Source of the DNA: an uncultured bacterium
Lineage (GTDB): Bacteria; Fidelibacterota; Marinisomatia; Marinisomatales; TCS56
DNA length: 64,000 nt
Assembly (NCBI GenBank): GCA_964628055.1
Contig: CAZVNL010000003.1
Coordinates: 1,795 to 65,794, forward strand
Reading direction: 5' to 3'
Translations under genes and position numbers: made by a program
In this document: positions 9,295-16,688 of the stretch, one piece after another
How positions within the stretch are numbered: position 1 is the first letter of the stretch
Layout: each line of letters starts with the position of its first letter
The notes under the pieces: model-generated
What the model was told of the DNA's origin: nothing
The model's database searches: none
What the model saw: only the letters and a program-made list of their open reading frames with translations

Positions 9295-10242
9295 ATGAGT
9301 CTGCCGGTGACTGAAAAAGAGCTTGGGAAACGAATTTACGCCGCCCAGTGCCTGGGCAATGTGGAACCCATCGAACACATGGTTCCCTATCCGGATCTTC
9401 CCTCCCTGTTAGAGGGGCAAACCATCAAGCGCGGAGCGGCCTGGGCTTATGCCGAGGGCAATATTACCAACCAGACCTTCTACGATTGGGCCCGGCAGAT
9501 GGCCGCCTGGTTGAGAAAACAGGGAGTTCGTCCCGGTGATCGTGTTTACCTACCCCCGCTCCCCTTTCCCCGGGCGGAAATTCTGGCCTTCGGCTCCTGG
9601 TTGATCGGGGCTTCCCTCCTCATCGTTGGGGATGAAGACCCAAACCCGGCCCTCCAGCAAGTCCATCCCCGGCTATGCCTCCCCCAGGACTGGAACCTGT
9701 TTACCGCCATCAAGGATGTTAATAGCCTCTACGAACCGAACTCCAGCATTCACCTGACGGATGAAGCCGTGGTGTACTGGGAAGGAGGACGTGGTGTTCG
9801 CCTGAGTCACTACAATCTGTTAGTCAATGTCAACGGAATTCAACACACCCTGGACCTCTACGAAGACAAGACCTTCCTGGTGCAATTACCCCCAACAACC
9901 ACGGCCTGGGTTGTACTCCAAGTCTTGCTCCCTTTTTATACCGGGGCTTGCCTTACCGATCAGAATCCCCATCTAATCCTCGGTCTTCCGGATCAATTCA
10001 GAGCCCCCAGTTATATCATCGACCTACACTGGAAAACGATTAAAGCCACAGACCCACCCCACCTGTTCATCCTCCCGGAAAACACGGCTGTCCTAGCCAT
10101 CGGAGCAGAACCGGTGCACTTAACGAACCTCCAAGGAACGGAACGACCTTTAAAAATTGAGGGCCACAGCGTGATGATGGGTTATTGGGACAACGCCCAG
10201 AGCGATGTGGCCTTTCGCGACGGCGTGCTCGTGGTGGAATAG
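9295..10242 (+). CDS. truncated, degenerate adenylate-forming (ANL superfamily)-like protein
   Basis: 315 aa. It is colinear with the N-terminal domain of acyl-CoA synthetases (GVRPGDRV.., ..LSHYNLLVN.., ..MMGYWDN..AFRDG). The P-loop YTSGTTGxPKG is reduced to YWEGGRGV, and the protein ends before the TGD motif and the C-terminal subdomain. Confidence 0.5.
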   Translation: MSLPVTEKELGKRIYAAQCLGNVEPIEHMVPYPDLPSLLEGQTIKRGAAWAYAEGNITNQTFYDWARQMAAWLRKQGVRPGDRVYLPPLPFPRAEILAFGSWLIGASLLIVGDEDPNPALQQVHPRLCLPQDWNLFTAIKDVNSLYEPNSSIHLTDEAVVYWEGGRGVRLSHYNLLVNVNGIQHTLDLYEDKTFLVQLPPTTTAWVVLQVLLPFYTGACLTDQNPHLILGLPDQFRAPSYIIDLHWKTIKATDPPHLFILPENTAVLAIGAEPVHLTNLQGTERPLKIEGHSVMMGYWDNAQSDVAFRDGVLVVE

Positions 10243-10276
10243 AGATACTTAGGTCCCTGGATATGGGCGACATTAA

Positions 10277-10293
10277 TATATCAATTTGATATA
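10277..10293. promoter_or_regulatory. perfect 8-1-8 palindrome TATATCAA-T-TTGATATA, a candidate activator (UAS) site
   Basis: Read directly from the sequence. It lies about 105 bp upstream of the sigma-54-like -24 element. The half-site AATATATCAA recurs at 10358..10367. Confidence 0.3.
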
Positions 10294-10389
10294 GCCAGAC
10301 CAAAATGATATTATTTCCAGCATAATATTCTATCTGTTCATTCCTCATATCCTCCACAATATATCAAAATACAGGTAAACTATAATTCC

Positions 10390-10404
10390 TGGCACGGCTT
10401 TTGA
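10390..10404 (+). promoter_or_regulatory. candidate sigma-54 (-24/-12) promoter
   Basis: TGGCAC-GGCTT-TTGA matches the consensus TGGCAC-N5-TTGC in 9 of 10 defined positions with correct spacing. It is intergenic. rpoN and a GAFTGA activator are encoded in the same window. Confidence 0.45.
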
Positions 10405-10423
10405 CTTCCTTAAGTAGCAACTT

Positions 10424-10561
10424 ATGAAAAGGAACGGAATCATGGATCACGTACTTAATCAAAACGAAGAAAAAATAAATCGGCTGAATAATCATTGGCT
10501 GGTTACCCTTTTTGTCTTGGCCTTAGCCTTCTGTCCCTTCTGGATGCTGATCCTCCTGTAA
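10424..10561 (+). CDS. possible 45-aa membrane peptide
   Basis: Below the ORF-track size cutoff. The ATG ORF reads MKRNGIMDHVLNQNEEKINRLNNHWLVTLFVLALAFCPFWMLILL, a polar N-terminus plus one C-terminal TM helix. It starts 19 nt after the sigma-54-like -12 element. No clear RBS. Confidence 0.3.
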   Translation: MKRNGIMDHVLNQNEEKINRLNNHWLVTLFVLALAFCPFWMLILL

Positions 10562-10619
10562 GGTTAGGGCCAGACAACCTTTCATTAACACCTTCATTAC
10601 TAACACAAGGAATATAACC

Positions 10620-11849
10620 ATGAATACACTACGACGCTCCGCAGTCGTCCTGCTTCTTGGAATCGCCCTACCGGGACTTTCCTACAGTCAGGTGGAAGAA
10701 CAGGAAGTAGAGACTAACCTGGAAGATACGGGGGACCAATTAGAACAATGGGGGAACCGCATGGACGAGTGGGGTCAGGAGGTGGAACAAGCGGTAGAGG
10801 CCGGGCGACCCATTCCCGAGCTGCCAGCCCTTTCGTTGAATCCCGAAGATGAGCGCGGGGTAAAATTGGGTCTCTATCTTGACGACCTCGATTTCGAAGA
10901 GGCCTACGAGCGGCACTATCCAGAAAACTACGGCGTGCTCATCACCGGTGTGGTGAAGGGGGGTAACGCCGACCAGGCCGGGCTGGTTAAAGGCGATATT
11001 ATCATGGAATTCGATGGCGAAAAAGTGCGCTTCGAAGACCATCTCATCAGCCTGCGGGACACCAAGCATGTTGGGGATACGGCGGAGGTAAAATTTTTCC
11101 GGAATGAAAAAATCTTAACCACGAAAATCTACTTCCTACCTCCGGCGCCTGAGGTTGACAAAAAAGGGAAGCCTATCTCCAAGAAAAAACTCTCCCCTGG
11201 CTATGGAGGGGGTGGATTTCAAACTCTGGTCATCGATTACGACTTTCCCGAAATTCGAGAGTATCTCCAATTGAACGGTTTCAAAGACCTGAACTCCGGT
11301 TACATGGTAACCTTTGGTGGGGGTGGCATGGGTACCATCGGCAAAGGTTGGTTCATCGGTGGCATGGGAGCCGGTCTCACTAACGAACAAAAAATCCAGG
11401 TGTTGGATAGTGACAACGCTCTCATTGGCTATCGTAAGTATCGGCTGGACTTTGGTTACGGTGGGGCTACCATCACCAAAAGATATCCCGTCTTCACTGA
11501 GCGACTCGTGCTCGATCTAAGCATCATGCTTGGCGGCGGGGCCGTTAACCTGACCGTTAGCCAGACCGACGGAAATTTTTCCTGGGGTAATAGGGTGGAC
11601 AACGGTGAAACCTATTCAGTCACCTACAAGAAAGACTTCTTTGTCTATCGTCCTTCCCTCGGCTTGTTGATTCGCATCAAGAACTGGGTGGGAATTCACG
11701 GTTCGGTGGGCTACTTCGGTACCTACACCACCGACCAGAGTTGGACCGACGACCTGTTCGACTTTACCGTAACGCCAGCGACCGGAAAATCTTCACCAGC
11801 GCTTCCTAAAACGCCTTCTTATTCACTGGGGTTTTGGTTCGGCTTCTAA
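10620..11849 (+). CDS. secreted PDZ-domain protein fused to a predicted outer-membrane beta-barrel
   Basis: 409 aa. It has a signal peptide (VVLLLGIALPGLSYSQ), an acidic segment and a PDZ signature (GVLITGVVKGGNADQAGLVKGDIIMEFDG). The C-terminal 220 aa or so are Gly-rich with alternating hydrophobic residues and end in GFWFGF (terminal Phe). Confidence 0.65.
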   Translation: MNTLRRSAVVLLLGIALPGLSYSQVEEQEVETNLEDTGDQLEQWGNRMDEWGQEVEQAVEAGRPIPELPALSLNPEDERGVKLGLYLDDLDFEEAYERHYPENYGVLITGVVKGGNADQAGLVKGDIIMEFDGEKVRFEDHLISLRDTKHVGDTAEVKFFRNEKILTTKIYFLPPAPEVDKKGKPISKKKLSPGYGGGGFQTLVIDYDFPEIREYLQLNGFKDLNSGYMVTFGGGGMGTIGKGWFIGGMGAGLTNEQKIQVLDSDNALIGYRKYRLDFGYGGATITKRYPVFTERLVLDLSIMLGGGAVNLTVSQTDGNFSWGNRVDNGETYSVTYKKDFFVYRPSLGLLIRIKNWVGIHGSVGYFGTYTTDQSWTDDLFDFTVTPATGKSSPALPKTPSYSLGFWFGF

Positions 11850-11856
11850 AACATGA

Positions 11857-11888
11857 GGGGGAGTGACTGAGGCAGGGGTCACTCCTCC
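11857..11888 (+). terminator. stem-loop after the PDZ gene (possible intrinsic terminator or attenuator)
   Basis: GGGGGAGTGAC / GTCACTCCTCC forms an 11-bp stem (one G-T) with a 10-nt loop. T-rich sequence follows, but not an immediate T-run. Confidence 0.4.
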
Positions 11889-11953
11889 TTGTTCTACTCC
11901 AGGTCTTTTTTGAATCTACCCTCAAAGAATACCTGGCTTTAGTAATTTCATTC

Positions 11954-12538
11954 ATGGAGCCTTCCTTTTTCAGCATTCTTTCCCGCAAGATCGTCACCAC
12001 GATCATATCCATTGGGTCCCTCTTCTACTCCACCATTCCCGGCGTAAATGCGACCTTCGGGGGAATTGACCTATCCTTGGAGGGGGATCGTCTCCTGATG
12101 ACCACCCAGCTTAACAACTGTTACTCGGAGGCCCTGGACCAAATCTTCCGCTCGGGGATGACCATCCAGATTCACTTTTTAGTGCAGGTCATTCCGGTGA
12201 ACAGTATCAAACCCGTCGGTGAAACCACCTTTTATCACTCGATCCACTACTCCCTTTTGGACGATGTATTTGACGTATACCGATCCGAAAGCCAGGAAAC
12301 CTACCAGAATCTGAACCTGAAAACTGCTAAAGACTACCTGGCGGAGATCGAAGAATTCCCGGCGCTCTCTACGAACCAATTGGACCCCGACGAGAATTAC
12401 TACCTCCGGCTAACGGCCTGGATGAATAAAATTCAACTCCAGGGAATGGAGGAACCCTTGAACCTCATGTTTTACTGGAACAGCATTAAACCCACCGGTC
12501 TATCGCGTACTTTCAATAAGGCTGTTTTCACCCAATGA
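11954..12538 (+). CDS. DUF4390-like periplasmic protein
   Basis: 194 aa with an N-terminal hydrophobic anchor. Pattern SEALDQIFRSGMTIQIHF..HSIHYSLLDDVFDV..YYLRLTAWMNKIQL, and a position immediately upstream of an NtrY/NtrX-type pair as in the DUF4390-ntrY-ntrX arrangement. Its TGA overlaps the kinase ATG (ATGA). The start is uncertain. Confidence 0.5.
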   Translation: MEPSFFSILSRKIVTTIISIGSLFYSTIPGVNATFGGIDLSLEGDRLLMTTQLNNCYSEALDQIFRSGMTIQIHFLVQVIPVNSIKPVGETTFYHSIHYSLLDDVFDVYRSESQETYQNLNLKTAKDYLAEIEEFPALSTNQLDPDENYYLRLTAWMNKIQLQGMEEPLNLMFYWNSIKPTGLSRTFNKAVFTQ

Positions 12539-13728
12539 AAATTCGTTTACCGTCCTTCCGCACCCAGATTCTTCTGGTGGTCCTCTTTCTGGTTTTCAAT
12601 TCGGTGCTGTTTTACCGCAACTATTTCCTGGATAGTCTCCAGAACTTCACCGCGGAAGTGGAAACCCTCAACACCCGGGACGATTTCAACCGTTTATACC
12701 AGAAATACGCCCCGGAACTCAACGAAGCTCAGCGGAAAATCTTTAAAGAGGACATGGAAAAAATTCTGGCAGCCGAATGGCAAAAGGGACTGGCCCGGGA
12801 AATGTTCCAGAAAGAGGTAGCCCTGTACTCTAAATTCATCTTTGTGTTCCTCACGTTGGCGGTCTTACTCCTCTTTTTCATCAGTTTTAACCTCATCACC
12901 CGTCCCCTTCAACGCCTTCAACGCACCACCCAACAACTCTCCCGGGGGAACTGGAATATCCAGGTACCAGAGAGCCCTTTTTCCCCTCTGAATGACCTCA
13001 TCGTCTCCTTCAACACGATGATTAGGGAATTGGAGGTGAGTCGCAATAAAATCATCCAGGCAGAGAAAGAGGCCGCCTGGCGGGACATGGCCCGGATCAT
13101 GGCCCACGAAATAAAAAATCCCCTCACACCCATCCGTCTTTCCCTGGAGCGATTACAACATAAATTCACCAGTGGCGCTAAAGACCTTAAAACCGTCTTC
13201 GACCACGTTACTACGGTCATCCAGGAGGAAGTAAACAATCTCCAGAAGCTGGCCTCGGAATTCTCCCAGTTCGCCAAACTACCCCCCGCTGTACCCGCCC
13301 ATTACGACCTTAACGCCCAAGTCCAGGAGCTAACCGCTCCTTACCAGTCCCAGGCTGATTTCACCTTGCACCTGGACCCCAACCTGCCAACGTTCTTCGG
13401 GGACAAAGACCAGTTGAAACAGGTTATTACCAACCTGATCCAGAACAGCATTCAGTCGGCGGAAAACCCTTGCCACATTCAGATCACAACCCGGGTAGAC
13501 CGGGGAGGTATCACCATCCTTTTTCAGGACAACGGCAAGGGGATTCCTGCTGAAGACCTGGCGAAAATCTTCGACCCCTACTTCACCCGGCGGACCAAAG
13601 GAACCGGCTTGGGCCTTTCCATCGTTAAGCGTGTTGTGGAGAGCCACGACGGGACCATCAACGTTGCCAGCGATGTGGGCACCGGTACGCGGTTTACTTT
13701 ACATTTCCCTACTAAGGATAAGCGTTAA
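12535..13728 (+). CDS. sensor histidine kinase (2 TM, HAMP, HisKA, HATPase; NtrY-like)
   Basis: 397 aa. H-box AHEIKNPLTPI, N-box NLIQNSIQS, G1 DNGKGI and G2 GTGLGLSIV. Two TM segments flank a periplasmic loop of about 70 aa. Confidence 0.9.
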   Translation: MKIRLPSFRTQILLVVLFLVFNSVLFYRNYFLDSLQNFTAEVETLNTRDDFNRLYQKYAPELNEAQRKIFKEDMEKILAAEWQKGLAREMFQKEVALYSKFIFVFLTLAVLLLFFISFNLITRPLQRLQRTTQQLSRGNWNIQVPESPFSPLNDLIVSFNTMIRELEVSRNKIIQAEKEAAWRDMARIMAHEIKNPLTPIRLSLERLQHKFTSGAKDLKTVFDHVTTVIQEEVNNLQKLASEFSQFAKLPPAVPAHYDLNAQVQELTAPYQSQADFTLHLDPNLPTFFGDKDQLKQVITNLIQNSIQSAENPCHIQITTRVDRGGITILFQDNGKGIPAEDLAKIFDPYFTRRTKGTGLGLSIVKRVVESHDGTINVASDVGTGTRFTLHFPTKDKR

Positions 13729-13796
13729 ATTGAACCCATGAAACAGCCAAAGATACTCTTCCGTGATCGCTCCATGAGATTATTTACCAAACGGGA

Positions 13797-15182
13797 ATGT
13801 TCAGCATTAAACAACCAGGTCACTCCATGAACATTTTGATCGTTGACGACGAACGAAACATTCGTATGACCTTGCGGGATATCCTGGAGGACGAGGGTCA
13901 TCGTACCTTCCTGGCGGAAAGCGGTGAACGGGCCTTAGAGGTGGCCAATAGGGAAGAACTCCAGCTAGTAATCCTGGACGTAAAATTACCGGGAATGGAC
14001 GGCATTGCCACTTATGAAACCTTACGAGCCCGCTTTCCCTCCCTGGAGGTCCTCATGATCTCCGGTCATAGCGACATTGAGACGGCCGTGAAAGCGGTAA
14101 AATTGGGAGCCTACGATTTCCTGGAGAAGCCCCTCTCCATGGCCAAGGTCCTCACAGCGGCACGCAACATTGCCGAGCGGCACCAACTTCTGCTACGGGT
14201 TCACCAGGAGAAGGTACGGCAAACGGAGCAATACAAGTTAGTGGGGAATTCCCGCGCCATGCAGAGGGTGCGGGACCTCATCCAGCGTGCCGCCCCTACG
14301 AACGCCAAGGTTCTCATCCGGGGGGAAAGTGGCACTGGGAAGGAACTGGTCGCCTACGCTATTCATCACCAGAGTGCCCGCTCTCAGGAGCCTTACGTCA
14401 CCTTTAACTCCGCCGCCATTCCCAGGGAGTTGGTGGAAAGTGAACTGTTCGGTTACGAAAAGGGGGCTTTCACAGGCGCCGGAAGCCGGAAAGTGGGAAA
14501 ATTGGAACTGGCCCACAAAGGCACCCTGTTCTTAGACGAAATTGGGGATATGAGCCTTACCACCCAGGCCAAGATTTTACGGTTCATGCAGGAAGGCACC
14601 TTTGAACGGGTGGGCGGCACCAAGACATACCACCTAAATGTGCGCCTCATCGCCGCCACACATAAAGGCCTGGAAGCCATGGTTCAGGAAGGCACCTTTC
14701 GGAAGGACTTGTTTTATCGCCTGAACGTCATCCCCATCACCCTGCCGCCTCTCCGGGAACGGGAGGGCGATTTACCCTTGCTCGTGGATCACTTTTTGGA
14801 TTTCTACGCCCGGGAGTTGAATCTGCCCCGCAAGTCCCTGACCCCCCGGGCTCTGGAACTGTTAGAAAGTTATCCTTTCCCCGGGAATGTGCGCGAACTC
14901 AAGAACTTGGTGGAACGCCTGTACATTCTCCTCTCCCATGACGAAGTCCAACCGGAGGATTTACGGCCCTACCTCCCAGCGAGCAAAACGTCGGAAGCAA
15001 GTTCTTTCCTTTCTTTCCAAAATTTTAAAGCGGCCCGCCGGGAATTCGAAAAGGCTTATCTCACGCGCCAGTTGGAACGCTTTCAGGGGAATATCAGTAA
15101 AACAGCCCGACACTTGGGAATGCAACAGTCTAACCTCTCTCGAAAACTGAAGGAATTGGGAATTGAGAACAGACCGATTTAG
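13797..15182 (+). CDS. sigma-54-dependent response regulator (NtrC/NtrX family enhancer-binding protein)
   Basis: Receiver domain (ILIVDDE, LDVKLPGMDG). AAA+ domain with Walker A GESGTGKE, the GAFTGA loop (YEKGAFTGA) and Walker B LFLDEIG. C-terminal Fis-type HTH (ISKTARHLGMQQSNLSRKLKELGI). An alternative start is ATG 13827 (MNILIVDDE). Confidence 0.9.
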   Translation: MFSIKQPGHSMNILIVDDERNIRMTLRDILEDEGHRTFLAESGERALEVANREELQLVILDVKLPGMDGIATYETLRARFPSLEVLMISGHSDIETAVKAVKLGAYDFLEKPLSMAKVLTAARNIAERHQLLLRVHQEKVRQTEQYKLVGNSRAMQRVRDLIQRAAPTNAKVLIRGESGTGKELVAYAIHHQSARSQEPYVTFNSAAIPRELVESELFGYEKGAFTGAGSRKVGKLELAHKGTLFLDEIGDMSLTTQAKILRFMQEGTFERVGGTKTYHLNVRLIAATHKGLEAMVQEGTFRKDLFYRLNVIPITLPPLREREGDLPLLVDHFLDFYARELNLPRKSLTPRALELLESYPFPGNVRELKNLVERLYILLSHDEVQPEDLRPYLPASKTSEASSFLSFQNFKAARREFEKAYLTRQLERFQGNISKTARHLGMQQSNLSRKLKELGIENRPI

Positions 15183-15211
15183 TTCCCGAACCTTTAACGC
15201 TTGGCAACCGA

Positions 15212-16558
15212 TTATTTCAGCACAACCAGCTTCCGCGTCTGCGTAAAGTCTCCGGCTCGTAGGCGATACAAGTAAACACTGGCTGGTACCTTCTGGCCCT
15301 GGGTACCCTTCCCGTCCCAAATAAGGGTTTTATAGCCTGCTTCTTGCACGTTATTAATCAACTGTCGTACTTCCCGGCCTAATAAATTGTAAATCAATAA
15401 TTTAGCCTGCAATCTTTCCGGTAAATCATAGCAAATCATGGTGGTGGGATTGAAAGGGTTGGGATAATTCTGGTGGAGGGCAAACGACTTTGGTATAACA
15501 GAACCATTATCTTGAGTGGATAATAACAAGTCATTTCGAATAATATAGTCCGTCATTAAAATCAGCCACACAAGCATAAATCCCGGATACTGCCACACCT
15601 TCTGCGACACTAGGCGTATCGTAATAGCCTACATGCTAGGGGTTGGCGGGGTTTGTGACATCAATGATCTGTAAGCCTGCATTACCCGCAGCCACATAGG
15701 CATAATCGTCATTTACAGCTACATCGAGAGGTCCCCCATTGTAACAATATCCCACTTCTTGGGGAGCGGTGGGATCGGTAACGTCAATAATCCACAAATC
15801 ATCACCGGTAACCGTCAGATAAATATAATTCCCGCTCAGAGCCACACCATGCGCAGTTCCACTCACTTCATAATAGCCCACTTCCAGCGGGCTATACGGA
15901 GTGGTTATATCGACAATCCGCAAAAACCTCCCGCTCCAGCGGCCAAATAAGCATAATTCCCACGTATAGTCACATCATAGGCAATCTGCAGCGTAAAAGA
16001 TCCTACCTCCTGGGGAACGGTAGGATCGCTGATGTCAATGATACGCAAACCACCACCCAAGGCCGCCACGCAGGCGAATCTATCGTTCACAGCCATTCCA
16101 ATCGCTTGACCAAAGGTATTAAGACGCCCCACCTCTATCGGATTCGAAGGATTAGCCACGTCAATGATATATAAACTATCTCCACCGCTCACCAAGTAAG
16201 CATAAGAGCCCCCCACAGCAATATCTATTAGCCCGGAGATAATATAATCCCCTAACTCCACCAGGCTGTCCGGATCAAAAATATCCACAATTTCCAAATA
16301 CACACCATTGCCAAAATAGAGGATATTATCAACTACGGTTACACCATGGCAGTAACCGCTTCCCAAGTGGGCAATGAGAGTGGTGTTACCGTCAATAGCA
16401 AAACGGTCGGTATGGCCCATAACTGCCTTTAACTCTTCACTTAGAACCCGTGCGAAAGGATTAACTTTTGTTCCCCATCCATGAACCGGATAAGGAATGT
16501 CTTGTTGGGCAAACAGCACAGTCATAGTAAATAGTACTAAAACCGAACTACGTTGCAC
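15212..16558 (-). pseudogene. LVIVD-repeat beta-propeller protein with a T9SS C-terminal sorting domain, disrupted by one in-frame TAG and two frameshifts
   Basis: Three track ORFs (15905..16558, 15636..15923, 15212..15610) are pieces of one gene. The pieces carry a GTG start with AGGAG RBS plus signal peptide, LVIVD repeats (LRIIDISDPTVPQEVG, LQIIDVTNPANP) and a CTD (NYPNPFNPTT..VYLYRL..). The lesions are detailed in the findings. Confidence 0.7.
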
Positions 16559-16688
16559 GCTTTACTCCTATTGACATTGATTGTTTAGCTCTCGGAAACA
16601 ACAATCTAGGCATGCTATACCTATTATTGGAAAAGATAATAGGCCTTACGATTAAAAATTGTCCCGGCATAACGGCCTTGAGCGTACG

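Noticed and set aside
13738-13830. 30-aa basic ORF (MKQPKILFRDRSMRLFTKRECSALNNQVTP) whose TGA overlaps the MNILIVDDE start of the response regulator
   Set aside because: It has no RBS and no recognisable features. The same DNA can instead be the N-terminal extension (ATG 13797) or the leader of the regulator gene.
15636-15638. In-frame TAG in the LVIVD gene as programmed readthrough or pyrrolysine
   Set aside because: The same gene also has two frameshifts, and nothing pyl-related is visible. TAG is not at a functionally special residue. Gene decay or assembly error is more parsimonious.
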